Source: an uncultured Rhodospirillaceae bacterium (GTDB taxonomy: Bacteria; Pseudomonadota; Alphaproteobacteria; CAAGCB01; CAG-977). From it: 64,000 bases of DNA. The number at the start of each line of letters is the position of its first letter. Position 1 is the first letter of the stretch. A program made the position numbers and the translations under genes. Shown one piece after another: positions 27,766 to 38,914 of this stretch. Location of the stretch: NCBI GenBank assembly GCA_900550445.1, contig URSF01000001.1:223-64222 (forward strand). The letters run 5' to 3'. The notes beneath the pieces were generated by a model. It was not told where the DNA came from. It saw only the letters and a list, made by a program, of their open reading frames with translations, and ran no database searches.

Positions 27766-28365
27766 TTAATCTCCTACTTGAAATAAACCTTTGTTGCGAA
27801 TTTCGGTTGCCGAAGCCGGGTGTTTCCTGATCGGCAGGAAAATCCAGGCCGGCGGTTTCATAAAAGCCAGTCGGTGCGCTTCCTGCGGCAGGTGCCGGTA
27901 TAAACGGTACAACCGTGCCGTTTTGCCGTGAAGAGCTCTTAAAGCATAATTTTTTCTGGCAAAAACGGCAATGGGAACGGCATGCATGATTGACCGCCAG
28001 CAATACCAGTGATGAAATTCCAGCAAATTGTCAGCTCCCATCAGCCAGACAAAGCTGATATCCGGATACATTTCCTGCAATTTGGAAATCGTGTCGATCG
28101 TGTAACGCGTATTGATTTCCTGTTCGACGCGCGACACTTTGATCCGCGGGTGGGACGCAATTTTTTCGGCGCTGGCGACCCGCCGGTCATAAGACGCCAT
28201 ATCTTTGGCTTGTTTTAACGGATTTAAAGGGGAAACAAGCCACCATACTTCGTCTAATCCCAACAGCTTTAAAGCCTGCAGGCTGATATGACGATGGCCA
28301 TCGTGAGCCGGATTAAAAGATCCGCCCAGCAGCCCGACTGTTTTACGGACGAATCTGACCGGCAC
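27766..28365 (-). CDS. nadD: nicotinate-nucleotide adenylyltransferase
   Basis: GLLGGSFNPAHDGH nucleotidyltransferase motif. Confidence 0.9.
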   Translation of the reverse strand: MPVRFVRKTVGLLGGSFNPAHDGHRHISLQALKLLGLDEVWWLVSPLNPLKQAKDMASYDRRVASAEKIASHPRIKVSRVEQEINTRYTIDTISKLQEMYPDISFVWLMGADNLLEFHHWYCWRSIMHAVPIAVFARKNYALRALHGKTARLYRLYRHLPQEAHRLAFMKPPAWIFLPIRKHPASATEIRNKGLFQVGD

Positions 28366-29590
28366 CGCGCACCTGATATTTAAAAGTGGTTAACTGTTCC
28401 AGACCGATCGGTCCTCTGGCATGCAGACGGCCCGTCGCAATTCCGATTTCCGCCCCCATGCCGAATTCGCCGCCGTCGCAGAACTGCGTTGACGCGTTGT
28501 GCATGACGACGGCGCTGTCGACTTCGTTTAAAAACTTATCGGCGGCCGCCGGATCTTCGGTCAAAACGGATTCCGTATGATGCGAACTGTGCCGCGCGAT
28601 GTGCGCGACAGCTTCGTCCATGCCGCTGACGACACGCACGGAAACGACCGGCGCCAGATACTCCGTATCCCAATCCGCGTCGACGGCCGGAATAACACGG
28701 CTGTCCAGCCGTTGCGTTTTTTCATCGCCGCGCACTTCGCAGCCGGCCGTGATCAGGTCGTCAATCACGGCAGGCAGAATGGTTTGGGAAACGTCGTCGT
28801 CGCACAAAATCGTTTCCGTGGAATTGCACGTTCCCGTCCGGCGCATTTTGGCGTTTAAAACGACCCGGCGCGCTTTTTCGATATCCGCCGCCGCGTGAAT
28901 ATAAGTGTGGCAGATTCCGTTTAAATGTTTAAACAGAGGAATTTTGCTTTCTTCCGTAATTCTTTGGATCAAAGACTTTCCGCCGCGCGGGACGATCACG
29001 TCAATATATTCGTCCAGCTTGAGCATTTCACCCACTGCCGCGCGGTCGGCCGTCGGAACGGATTGAATACAGTCTTCGGGCAGTCCGGCGGCTTTTAAAC
29101 CGGCGTGCATGATTTCAGCGATTTTTGCCGAAGAATGAAAACTGTCGGATCCGCCGCGCAGAATTACGGCATTGCCAGATTTAAAACACAAAGCCCCCGC
29201 GTCGGCGGTAACGTTCGGGCGGCTTTCGTAAATCACGCCGATAACGCCCAAAGGAACGGCGACGCGCGTGATGACAAGCCCGTTCGGGCGCGTCCATTCG
29301 GCCAGTTTTCTGCCGACGGGATCGGGCAGGGCGGCAATGTCGTCCAATCCTTTGGCCATTGCTTCAATCCGGTCCGCATTCAGCAGCAACCGGTCGCGCA
29401 TGGCGGCCGACGTTTCCGCAGATAAAGCGTTCATATCGGCATTGTTGGCTTCCAACAGTTCGTCAACGCCGGCGCGCATTAATTTCGCGGCGGCCGTCAA
29501 AGCTCGGTTTTTTTGTTCGGTCGGCGCATTTGCCAGAATACGGGCGGCTGCTTTGGCTTTTTGCCCCATGGAACGCATCAGCTCTTTCAT
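28343..29590 (-). CDS. proA: glutamate-5-semialdehyde dehydrogenase
   Basis: 415 aa with full-length ProA pattern (IYESRPNVT, CNSTETIL...). Confidence 0.95.
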   Translation of the reverse strand: MKELMRSMGQKAKAAARILANAPTEQKNRALTAAAKLMRAGVDELLEANNADMNALSAETSAAMRDRLLLNADRIEAMAKGLDDIAALPDPVGRKLAEWTRPNGLVITRVAVPLGVIGVIYESRPNVTADAGALCFKSGNAVILRGGSDSFHSSAKIAEIMHAGLKAAGLPEDCIQSVPTADRAAVGEMLKLDEYIDVIVPRGGKSLIQRITEESKIPLFKHLNGICHTYIHAAADIEKARRVVLNAKMRRTGTCNSTETILCDDDVSQTILPAVIDDLITAGCEVRGDEKTQRLDSRVIPAVDADWDTEYLAPVVSVRVVSGMDEAVAHIARHSSHHTESVLTEDPAAADKFLNEVDSAVVMHNASTQFCDGGEFGMGAEIGIATGRLHARGPIGLEQLTTFKYQVRGAGQIRP

Positions 29591-29592
29591 TG

Positions 29593-31825
<2,233 letters not shown>

Positions 31826-31838
31826 TTAGCCGAAAACC

Positions 31839-32093
31839 TTATTCCGTTACAACAGAAACGTATACTCTGTCGTCGGCTTTGCGCGTAAAGGCGACGCGGC
31901 CTTCCGCCGTTGCAAAAATGGTGTGATCCCGGCCTAAACCGACATTTTCACCCGTACGATATTTCGTACCGCGCTGGCGGACGATGATGTTACCCGGGAT
32001 AACGGCCTGACCGCCGGATTTTTTCAAACCCAAACGTTTACTTTCGGAATCGCGCCCGTTTCTGGTGCTGCCGCCTGCTTTCTTATGAGCCAT
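31839..32093 (-). CDS. rpmA: 50S ribosomal protein L27
   Basis: [22 protein letters not shown]... Confidence 0.97.
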   Translation of the reverse strand: MAHKKAGGSTRNGRDSESKRLGLKKSGGQAVIPGNIIVRQRGTKYRTGENVGLGRDHTIFATAEGRVAFTRKADDRVYVSVVTE

Positions 32094-32120
32094 AGCTTAT
32101 CTCCTTAAAACTTAAAGTGA

Positions 32121-32420
32121 TTATTCGGCGATATCCGTGATCTTGACGATCGAGATATACTGACGATGACCGTTTTTACGACGATACCCCTGACGGCGTT
32201 TCTTTTTGAAAACGATAACCGTGTCATCGCGTGTCTGTTTGACGACTTTCGCCGAAACTTTGGCGCCGGCAACGGTCGGCGTACCGATTTTTTCACCGAG
32301 GGCAAGCACATTGTCAAATGTCACAGTAGAGCCGATCTCTGCATTGAGTTTTTCAATGACGATCACATCATCTTTTGCGACCTTATACTGCTTGCCGCCT
32401 GTCTTAATAACTGCGAACAT
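32121..32420 (-). CDS. rplU: 50S ribosomal protein L21
   Basis: [14 protein letters not shown]... ATG at 32420. Confidence 0.95.
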   Translation of the reverse strand: MFAVIKTGGKQYKVAKDDVIVIEKLNAEIGSTVTFDNVLALGEKIGTPTVAGAKVSAKVVKQTRDDTVIVFKKKRRQGYRRKNGHRQYISIVKITDIAE

Positions 32421-32536
32421 TTTCTTCACCATCTTATGAAATCTATAACAAAAGCAGAATTGTTCCGCTTTAAAGAGAGCTTTTTATAGCCAGAAATTCA
32501 GGGATTTGTCAACAGGATATTTAACATCGGGCGCAT

Positions 32537-33445
32537 TTATTTTTTCCGCGGGTGAATCTGGTCGGCAAATCTTTGCGCCAAACGGGAAAACGGCAGGGAC
32601 TGCACCCATACTTTCCCGGGGCCGCGCATGTCGGCGAAAAACAATCCGGACCCGCCGAAGATCTGCGATTTTATGCTGCCCGTTCCGGTAACGTTAAAGT
32701 ATACGGACGGCTGAAAAGCCACCAGACAGCCGACGTCAACCTGTAAAGATTCGCCTTCCTGCAGATCTATTTCGCCGATTGTCCCGCCGGCATGAATGAA
32801 AACGACTCCGTCGCCGCTGAGGCGTTGCATGATAAAACCGCTGCCGCCGAACAGGGCGGTCATAATCTTTTTTTGAAAATAAATGCCGATGTCGACGTCT
32901 GCCTGCGCGCATAAAAAGCTGTCTTTCTGGCAGATGATTTCCCCGCCGAATCCGGACAGGGACACCGGTATGATTTTGCCGGGATACGGAGCTGAAAAAG
33001 CGACTTTGGCAGGTTCGTCAAGCGTATTGATAAAGGAAGATAAAAACGCGCTTTCTCCGGACAACACCCGTTTGCCGGCGCCGAAAATCTTGCCGAAAAT
33101 GCTCTGTTTGCGGCCGGTTCCGAATAAAGCTTCCAGATCAACGGCCAATTCCTTGTAAATCATGGCGCCGGGTTCGGCGATGACGGCTTCTCCGGGCTGC
33201 AGGCATATTTCAACATACTGCATGTCGTCGCCGCAGATTTTAAAATCCAGGCCCGAGTTGAAATAAACGCCGGACGGCGGCGTTGTCTGCGATAAATTTG
33301 TTAAAACGGAAAAACGATCCGCCGGAACCCATTCGGGCATTCCTTCGCGCCAGACCAGACAATCCGGGTGAACTTGAATAAAACGGGAAGCGTCTTCCAA
33401 TGAAAAGGGGCCGTATTTTTGATTACCGGATAAACAATACCACAT
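32537..33445 (-). CDS. GYF_2 domain + AIM24 (DUF124/TIGR00266-like) fusion protein
   Basis: The N-terminal WYCLSGNQKYGPFSLED...LVWREGMPEWVPA is a GYF_2-type motif. The remaining ~240 aa show the AIM24-family pattern (LQPGEAVIAEPGAMIY..., GGSGFIMQRLSGDGVVFIHAGG, GPGKVWVQSLP). Confidence 0.7.
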   Translation of the reverse strand: MWYCLSGNQKYGPFSLEDASRFIQVHPDCLVWREGMPEWVPADRFSVLTNLSQTTPPSGVYFNSGLDFKICGDDMQYVEICLQPGEAVIAEPGAMIYKELAVDLEALFGTGRKQSIFGKIFGAGKRVLSGESAFLSSFINTLDEPAKVAFSAPYPGKIIPVSLSGFGGEIICQKDSFLCAQADVDIGIYFQKKIMTALFGGSGFIMQRLSGDGVVFIHAGGTIGEIDLQEGESLQVDVGCLVAFQPSVYFNVTGTGSIKSQIFGGSGLFFADMRGPGKVWVQSLPFSRLAQRFADQIHPRKK

Positions 33446-33469
33446 GGTTAATTCCTCCGATTTATTTTT

Positions 33470-34693
33470 TTAATATTTATGCAGCAGCGTCGTTCCGACC
33501 CGCCGGTTGCGCGGGTTTTTGGACATTAAGTGCTGAACATAACGTCCCTGGAACAGGGTGACGTTGTACTTTTTTGCAACCAGCAGAGCTTCTTCGTCGT
33601 CCACGCGGCATAAAATAGCCCGGTTCGGACCGATATTGATCAGGCGTTCGGTCAATTCGGCGTCTTCCTGCAGGGCAAAAGGCAAATCCTGATGCCACGT
33701 CAGTTTGACATAATCGGCTGACAAACGTTCCCGGTCGATAAATTTCAGCGTTTTGTATGTTACGCCGTCAATGCAGATCTTGTACCCCAGATTTTGCGCA
33801 TAATCCCTGGCTGTCAGATAAGAACGCAGATCGCTGAAAATATCAATCGGCTGCAGTTCCAGAACAATCGTGTTTTTCATACTGGAACGAATGTTGTCGT
33901 CAAATTCGCGGAATTCTTCGGACAGGATTGTCGAAATATTCAGGTTTAATGAAAAATCATGCGTAAAAGCGCCGTCGTCATGCCTGGAAACGCTGTTCAA
34001 AACACGTTTGTCCAGCGTTTCGGTCAGATCCTGAAACAGCCACGGTGTTGCCGTCAAAGAAACGCCCGGCAGAATCGATTCGCCCAGATCCGCGATTGAA
34101 ACAAAGACCTCTTCAAATAAAGGCTGCGGCTGGGCGTCTTCCAGAATGATACAGACGGACTGGCGGCGGATCATATTTGAAAAATCCGTATTTTGCAGCG
34201 CTTTGGATACGCGCGCCAGCATTTCCGGCGTAAACAGTTTTTGATTTTTATCAAAAACCGGCGGCGCGACAAATTTCTTCTTTTCTTTCTTTTCGCTTAA
34301 AACTCTGGCCGGCCCGTTGCCGATCCGCGAAATTTCATACGTCAGCGCTTCTTTGTCTTCGGGCAGGCTGTAAACCCTTTCCAGCAATTTTTCCGCCTGC
34401 ATTGTTTGTTTGTCGGCAGAAAAGTGCATCCATGTTTTAATCAATGCCGCCCGGACGGTGTTGTCGCTGATTTTGGGGGAGTAGACAATGAATATATCAT
34501 CGTTTTTCAGGCAAAAAGCCTGTCCGTACAAAGCCAAAACGTCATAAAAGCTGTTGACGATCGTATTCAGCAGACTGTCTTTGCGCAGCGTTTCGTCAAT
34601 CTGGGAAATTTTTAACTGCAAAACGGTCAGTTTTTGATCGGCTTTTATCGGGCCGGCCAGGTAATGGCGAAGTGGTTCTTCCTGATTAATCAT
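33470..34693 (-). CDS. degenerate EAL-like domain protein (paralogue 2)
   Basis: The C-terminal ~240 aa align by eye to EAL landmarks: RRQSV, FEEVFVS (EALxR), LNLNIS (N), VLELQP (ExxE), ICIDGV (DDFG), YVKLTW (KxD), LCRVDD (EGVE), FQGRY (QGY). Several catalytic positions are substituted. The N-terminal ~160 aa are unassigned. Confidence 0.55.
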   Translation of the reverse strand: MINQEEPLRHYLAGPIKADQKLTVLQLKISQIDETLRKDSLLNTIVNSFYDVLALYGQAFCLKNDDIFIVYSPKISDNTVRAALIKTWMHFSADKQTMQAEKLLERVYSLPEDKEALTYEISRIGNGPARVLSEKKEKKKFVAPPVFDKNQKLFTPEMLARVSKALQNTDFSNMIRRQSVCIILEDAQPQPLFEEVFVSIADLGESILPGVSLTATPWLFQDLTETLDKRVLNSVSRHDDGAFTHDFSLNLNISTILSEEFREFDDNIRSSMKNTIVLELQPIDIFSDLRSYLTARDYAQNLGYKICIDGVTYKTLKFIDRERLSADYVKLTWHQDLPFALQEDAELTERLINIGPNRAILCRVDDEEALLVAKKYNVTLFQGRYVQHLMSKNPRNRRVGTTLLHKY

Positions 34694-35958
34694 CAGCGGC
34701 TCCCTTTGTTGTATTCAATCGGCATATCTAACCGTTCCGGCATCAGGCAGCCCGCCTTTTGCGCGCCGGCGATACCGGCTTTTCTGGAAACGCACTGCGC
34801 CTGCGTGCAGTTTTTTCTCTGCGGGCAGCTTTTTCTGATTTTCGCCGCCGTCAGCGCGTCAATAAAATATCCCTGAAATTTCCGGATATTGTGCATTAAT
34901 CCCCAGCGCAGAGAATCTTCGTCTTCACAACGCATTAAGATTATGCGTTCCGGGTCGATTTCTCTCAGCCTGTCCGATTCGGTTTCTTTATTCAGCGCCG
35001 GCGTCCAGTTTAATTTCATCAAATCCGAATCCAGAATGTTCATGTCCATGAACTCAAAAGAAATCGGGTGCAGACCGTCGATTAAAATCTGATGCCCCGC
35101 TTCATGCAGTAAATCCCGGGCGACCAGATAATTTTGGGTGTTCTGAATAATATCCATCAGCTGGACTTCGACAATAATCGACATGTTTTCAGGCATTTCT
35201 GCCAAAAACTGTTCAAAAGCCGGCGTAAAAATAGTGGAAATGTTTAAATTCAACGAAATGTTTTTCGGCGTATGCGCAAACAGTTCCTTGAAAATGCCCA
35301 GCATTCTTTTATCCAGCGTTTCGCTGAGGTGTTGAAAAAGCCAGCGGTTGGATAAAACGTTTACGTCGGGGGCGATCGCTTTTTTCAGATCGGCCATGGA
35401 CGTAAAATATTCCAGAAACAGTGAAGAAAGGCCGCCTTCGGGCGTGATTCGGACGGCTTCCTGCCGGCGGATAATTTTTAAAATATTGAATCCCTGAATA
35501 TTGCGCAGAATTGCGTCCAGATGTTCGGGAGCCAGCGGAATTTCTTTTTTTTGAAACTGTTGGTTTTCAACGGCGGCCTGCCGTTCTTTGGCATAAGCCA
35601 TAACCATATCAAAATCACGGTTTAAAGGATAAACGCGTATAAAATCATTAGGGTGAGACGCGGCAAAAGAATCGGACTGAAATATCCGCCGGATAGAAGA
35701 AACCGTGTCCGTCAGCGACTGCGGCAGGATATTCTGTCCGACGACCATAATGTCGTTGTTGGACAGCACGAACAGTCCGGATTGTGATTTGATAATCAGT
35801 TCGTTCAGGGCGCCGAGCGTCATCTGAACATGGTTTTGCGTGCGGTTGGCCGGATTAAGCGCGGATATCTTTACAAGAAGAGCCGTTGAACCCGCTTTCA
35901 TCGGTTCAATGCGTTTTAATTTGTCAAGAAGCTGCTGTTCCGCTTTTGCCGCGCTCAC
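34693..35958 (-). CDS. degenerate EAL-like domain protein (paralogue 1)
   Basis: Same architecture and landmarks as 33470..34693 (LEYFTS, LNLNIS, IVEVQL, ILIDGL, MKLNW, LMRCEDED, FQGYF). Its stop overlaps the start of paralogue 2 by 1 nt. Confidence 0.55.
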   Translation of the reverse strand: MSAAKAEQQLLDKLKRIEPMKAGSTALLVKISALNPANRTQNHVQMTLGALNELIIKSQSGLFVLSNNDIMVVGQNILPQSLTDTVSSIRRIFQSDSFAASHPNDFIRVYPLNRDFDMVMAYAKERQAAVENQQFQKKEIPLAPEHLDAILRNIQGFNILKIIRRQEAVRITPEGGLSSLFLEYFTSMADLKKAIAPDVNVLSNRWLFQHLSETLDKRMLGIFKELFAHTPKNISLNLNISTIFTPAFEQFLAEMPENMSIIVEVQLMDIIQNTQNYLVARDLLHEAGHQILIDGLHPISFEFMDMNILDSDLMKLNWTPALNKETESDRLREIDPERIILMRCEDEDSLRWGLMHNIRKFQGYFIDALTAAKIRKSCPQRKNCTQAQCVSRKAGIAGAQKAGCLMPERLDMPIEYNKGSR

Positions 35959-36002
35959 AAAGAATCCTTTCCCTCCCGTTTTCCGGGATTATCTTAATTA
36001 TC

Positions 36003-37139
36003 TTATTTCAGGTACAAATGGACTTCCGTTGTCTGAATGGAAGCGCTTTTTGTTTTTGAAGAATAAATACGGCTTTCCGGCAATCCCATAGAAATCAGAG
36101 AATTGCGGACGGCGTCGGCATTTTTTGCGGCTTCGGTTTCGCCGGATTTCGCGTTGGACGGGCTGACGGCGACAATTTCAAAATTTGTGTTTGGGCGTTT
36201 ATCCAAAGCGGCTTTGACGGCTTTGTACAAAGACTGTTCATACGCGACGTTTTTTTTGTTAAATCTGATCACCATTAACGGCCTGCGTCCGTTCAAATCG
36301 GCGTCAGGCAGATAAGCCGCCGCGGATAACAGAGCCGGAGCCGCAGGAACCGAAACGGCCGCCTGCGGTCTGGCATTTACCATACTGCCGCTTTGAATGT
36401 CCGTGCCCAGCATATTGATATTCTGGCTTTCCGTGCTGAAATACTGCTGCTGGCGGGCGATTTGAGCAGAAACATCGGAGCTTAAACGGTTTAAAGAAAC
36501 AACCGTTTGATTCGCCTGATCTTCCAATGCTTTTAAGTTTTCATGGTCGATTTCCATCGCTCCGGGAATCAGGAACGTTTCTCCGATCGTATCCAGCAGA
36601 GAATTCAATTCGTTTTTGGTGCGGATTATTTCGCTGGACAGTTTTGCGGTTTCGGACATGTTTTTATCCGATCCCGTTAATAAGGCGGAAGCCTGTTTCC
36701 ACATTTCCGTCAGTTCGGGGTTTCCCGGTGTGGTTCCGATCTGCAACCGGGCGTGAATACGGGCGACGTATTCATAGTACTGGCGTGATTCTTCGGCATT
36801 TTTATTCTTCAGTTCACGGAAGACTTCCGTATTTTTTCTGATGTTTTCCTGAATCTGCTGTAATTTGGTTTCGATCGCGGCGACTTTTTTACTGACTTCG
36901 GAAACGATCTGCGTGTTGGCCGTATAGGTGGAATCCTGAGGCTTTTCGGTTTTAGCCCGCGGTGTTTCGGCGGTTTTTTCCTCAGCCTTTTTTGCAGCCG
37001 GCTTTGTTTGTTCGGATTCAGAGGACTGCATTGCGAAATCATCGGCGAAGTAATCGTCGGAATAAGGATCTGAAGACGACGCGCAGCCTGCAAAAGTCAG
37101 TAATGCGGCTGCCAAAGAGAGTCTTTTAAGAATGGACAT
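36003..37139 (-). CDS. lipoprotein with coiled-coil region and degenerate OmpA-like C-terminal domain
   Basis: Lipobox LLTFAGC. Acidic/Lys-rich linker and long helical region. The C-terminus, VIRFNKKNV...FEIVAVSP...AAKNADAVRNSLISMGLPESRI, resembles the OmpA_C pattern but lacks the usual D/R peptidoglycan-binding residues. Confidence 0.55.
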   Translation of the reverse strand: MSILKRLSLAAALLTFAGCASSSDPYSDDYFADDFAMQSSESEQTKPAAKKAEEKTAETPRAKTEKPQDSTYTANTQIVSEVSKKVAAIETKLQQIQENIRKNTEVFRELKNKNAEESRQYYEYVARIHARLQIGTTPGNPELTEMWKQASALLTGSDKNMSETAKLSSEIIRTKNELNSLLDTIGETFLIPGAMEIDHENLKALEDQANQTVVSLNRLSSDVSAQIARQQQYFSTESQNINMLGTDIQSGSMVNARPQAAVSVPAAPALLSAAAYLPDADLNGRRPLMVIRFNKKNVAYEQSLYKAVKAALDKRPNTNFEIVAVSPSNAKSGETEAAKNADAVRNSLISMGLPESRIYSSKTKSASIQTTEVHLYLK

Positions 37140-37298
37140 GGTTTCGAATACCTTAAAAAGTTAAGAAAACTGCGCAATTTTCCAGCCTGTCTTTTATTTT
37201 ATAAAAAACGGCACTTTTTAGAATGTACCGAGAAATAGCGCTTTTGCAAGAAATTTTATTATAAAATGAATTTGTTGTCATTTTTTGTAAAAAAAGTC

Positions 37299-37327
37299 TT
37301 GCAAGGATTATTTCATCGTCGTATATA
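37299..37327 (+). promoter_or_regulatory. sigma70-type promoter of tRNA-Arg
   Basis: TTGCAA, 17-nt spacer, TATATA. The -10 element ends 12 nt before the tRNA 5-prime end. Confidence 0.55.
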
Positions 37328-37339
37328 AGATTTGCTTAA

Positions 37340-37416
37340 GCGCCCATAGCTCAACTGGATAGAGCATCTGACTACGGATCAGAAGGCTGAGAGTTCGAAT
37401 CTTTCTGGGCGCGCCA
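37340..37416 (+). tRNA. tRNA-Arg (ACG)
   Basis: 77-nt cloverleaf GCGCCCATAGCTCAACTGGATAGAGCATCTGACTACGGATCAGAAGGCTGAGAGTTCGAATCTTTCTGGGCGCGCCA. Anticodon loop is CUACGGA. Confidence 0.95.
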
Positions 37417-37457
37417 AAAAACAACCCCCTGTTTTTGTAACAGGGGGTTGTTTTTTT
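37417..37457 (+). terminator. rho-independent terminator after tRNA-Arg
   Basis: 11-bp stem acaaccccctg / cagggggttgt followed by T7. Confidence 0.75.
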
Positions 37458-37459
37458 GT

Positions 37460-37587
37460 TGTAAGCCCAAAGATTTGAACTCTCAGGAGAGAGTTCGGCG
37501 ACCGTAAGGGCGCGACGCCGCAGGCAGCCCCGCAAGGGGTGAGCGGAGCGAACAAACTTTCCGGGTGCGGAAGTGTAAGCCCAAAGA
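37460..37587. repeat. 14-bp direct repeat (tgtaagcccaaaga) bracketing a ~100-bp GC-rich structured insert
   Basis: Repeat copies lie at 37460-37473 and 37574-37587. The insert contains the hairpin gaactctc(agga)gagagttc, the hairpin cccc(gcaa)gggg, and a degenerate copy of the tRNA-Arg 3-prime end (gagagttcg...gggcgcg). Confidence 0.5.
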
Positions 37588-37677
37588 AGAAAACGGCGCC
37601 GATTTTTCATACTATGTCGATCTTTACAAATTTTCTTTTCGATTCGACAATATCTTTTTTTATTGAAAGGATCGGCT

Positions 37678-38040
37678 ATGAAAATCTTGGTTATGACCAT
37701 ATTGTTTTTTGTTTCTGCCTCCGTTCAGGCGCAGGCGGAAACGTGCGCTGAAAAAAAATCGAAGATTCAACTGCAAATCCAACAGGCGCAGGCGAATCAG
37801 GAGCTGTTTAAGATCCGCGGCCTTGAAAAGGCTTTGCGGGGCGTTGAAGAAAACTGTTCCGATGAGAATCTGGCGGAAAAACATCAGGCAAAGATTCGCG
37901 ATAAACAGGCCGATGTCGCCAAAGCCGAAGCGGACTTGAAACAGGCGGAAATAAAACAGGACGCGGAAAAAATCAGAAAAAAATCCGAAAAGCTGGAAAT
38001 AAAAAAACTGGAATTGCAGGATACCATACGGGATTTTTAA
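37678..38040 (+). CDS. DUF1090-family periplasmic protein
   Basis: Signal peptide MKILVMTILFFVSASVQA, conserved Cys pair (ETCAEKK...ENCSDE), and a Lys/Glu-rich helical body. Preferred start is the ATG at 37678. Confidence 0.7.
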   Translation: MKILVMTILFFVSASVQAQAETCAEKKSKIQLQIQQAQANQELFKIRGLEKALRGVEENCSDENLAEKHQAKIRDKQADVAKAEADLKQAEIKQDAEKIRKKSEKLEIKKLELQDTIRDF

Positions 38041-38041
38041 T

Positions 38042-38914
38042 ATGAAAACGCAAAAGGCTTTCTTTGCCGGCGGGTGTTTTTGGGGAATACAAGCTCTGTT
38101 TGATTCTGTCCCGGGCGTAACGGCGACTCGCGTCGGTTATATGGGCGGAAAAACCGAAAATCCCGATTACCGTTCCGTTTGTTCCGGCCGGACCGGCCAT
38201 GCCGAAACCGTCGAAGTCGAATATGACGCCGAAAAAGTCAGTTACGATTCTTTGCTGGATTTGTTTTTTGCCGCGCATGATCCGACCAGTCTGAATAAGC
38301 AGGGGCCGGATATCGGAACGCAATATCGCTCCGCTGTTTTTTTTACGGACGAAAATCAAAGACGGGCGGCTTTGAACAAAGCTGAAGAACTGACTCGGGC
38401 GGCCGTTTTCCGAAAACCTGTCGTTACTCTGATCGTACCGGCGGAATCGTTTTATCCGGCTGAAGAATATCATCAAAAGTATTTTGAAAAGAATCCTCAA
38501 ACAGCGGTCTGCCATGTTCCTTTTATTCCGCGCGGAACCGTCGGCGAACAGGAGCTGCGCCGCCGTCTGACGCCGGATCAATATGCCGTTTTGCGCCAGG
38601 GGCGGACGGAAGCCCCTTTCAGCGGGAAGTATTTTCGTAAAACGGAGGACGGCACTTATTGCTGCGCCGCCTGCGGCAACGCAGTGTTTTCTTCGGAAAG
38701 CCAGTTCGACAGTCCCTGCGGTTGGCCAAGCTTTGATAAAGCGATCGGCGACAGTGTGCGTCTGAAACCGGACCTGTCATATGACATGATCCGCACCGAA
38801 GTCGTCTGCGCGCAATGCGGTTCTCATCTGGGGCATTTGTTTAATGACGGTCCGACACGGACCGGAGAGCGATTCTGTATTAATTCCGCTGCCATGAATT
38901 TAAAAAAATCATAA
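38042..38914 (+). CDS. msrAB: bifunctional peptide-methionine sulfoxide reductase MsrA/MsrB
   Basis: N-terminal MsrA (FAGGCFWG) and C-terminal MsrB (CCAACGNAVF...GWPSF...CAQCGSHLGHLF). Confidence 0.9.
   Translation: MKTQKAFFAGGCFWGIQALFDSVPGVTATRVGYMGGKTENPDYRSVCSGRTGHAETVEVEYDAEKVSYDSLLDLFFAAHDPTSLNKQGPDIGTQYRSAVFFTDENQRRAALNKAEELTRAAVFRKPVVTLIVPAESFYPAEEYHQKYFEKNPQTAVCHVPFIPRGTVGEQELRRRLTPDQYAVLRQGRTEAPFSGKYFRKTEDGTYCCAACGNAVFSSESQFDSPCGWPSFDKAIGDSVRLKPDLSYDMIRTEVVCAQCGSHLGHLFNDGPTRTGERFCINSAAMNLKKS

Noticed and set aside
37308-37884. ORFs 37308..37700 (-), 37539..37751 (+) and 37660..37884 (-).
   Set aside because: They span tRNA-Arg, its terminator and the repeat insert, or lie antisense to the DUF1090 gene. 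There is no coding signal.
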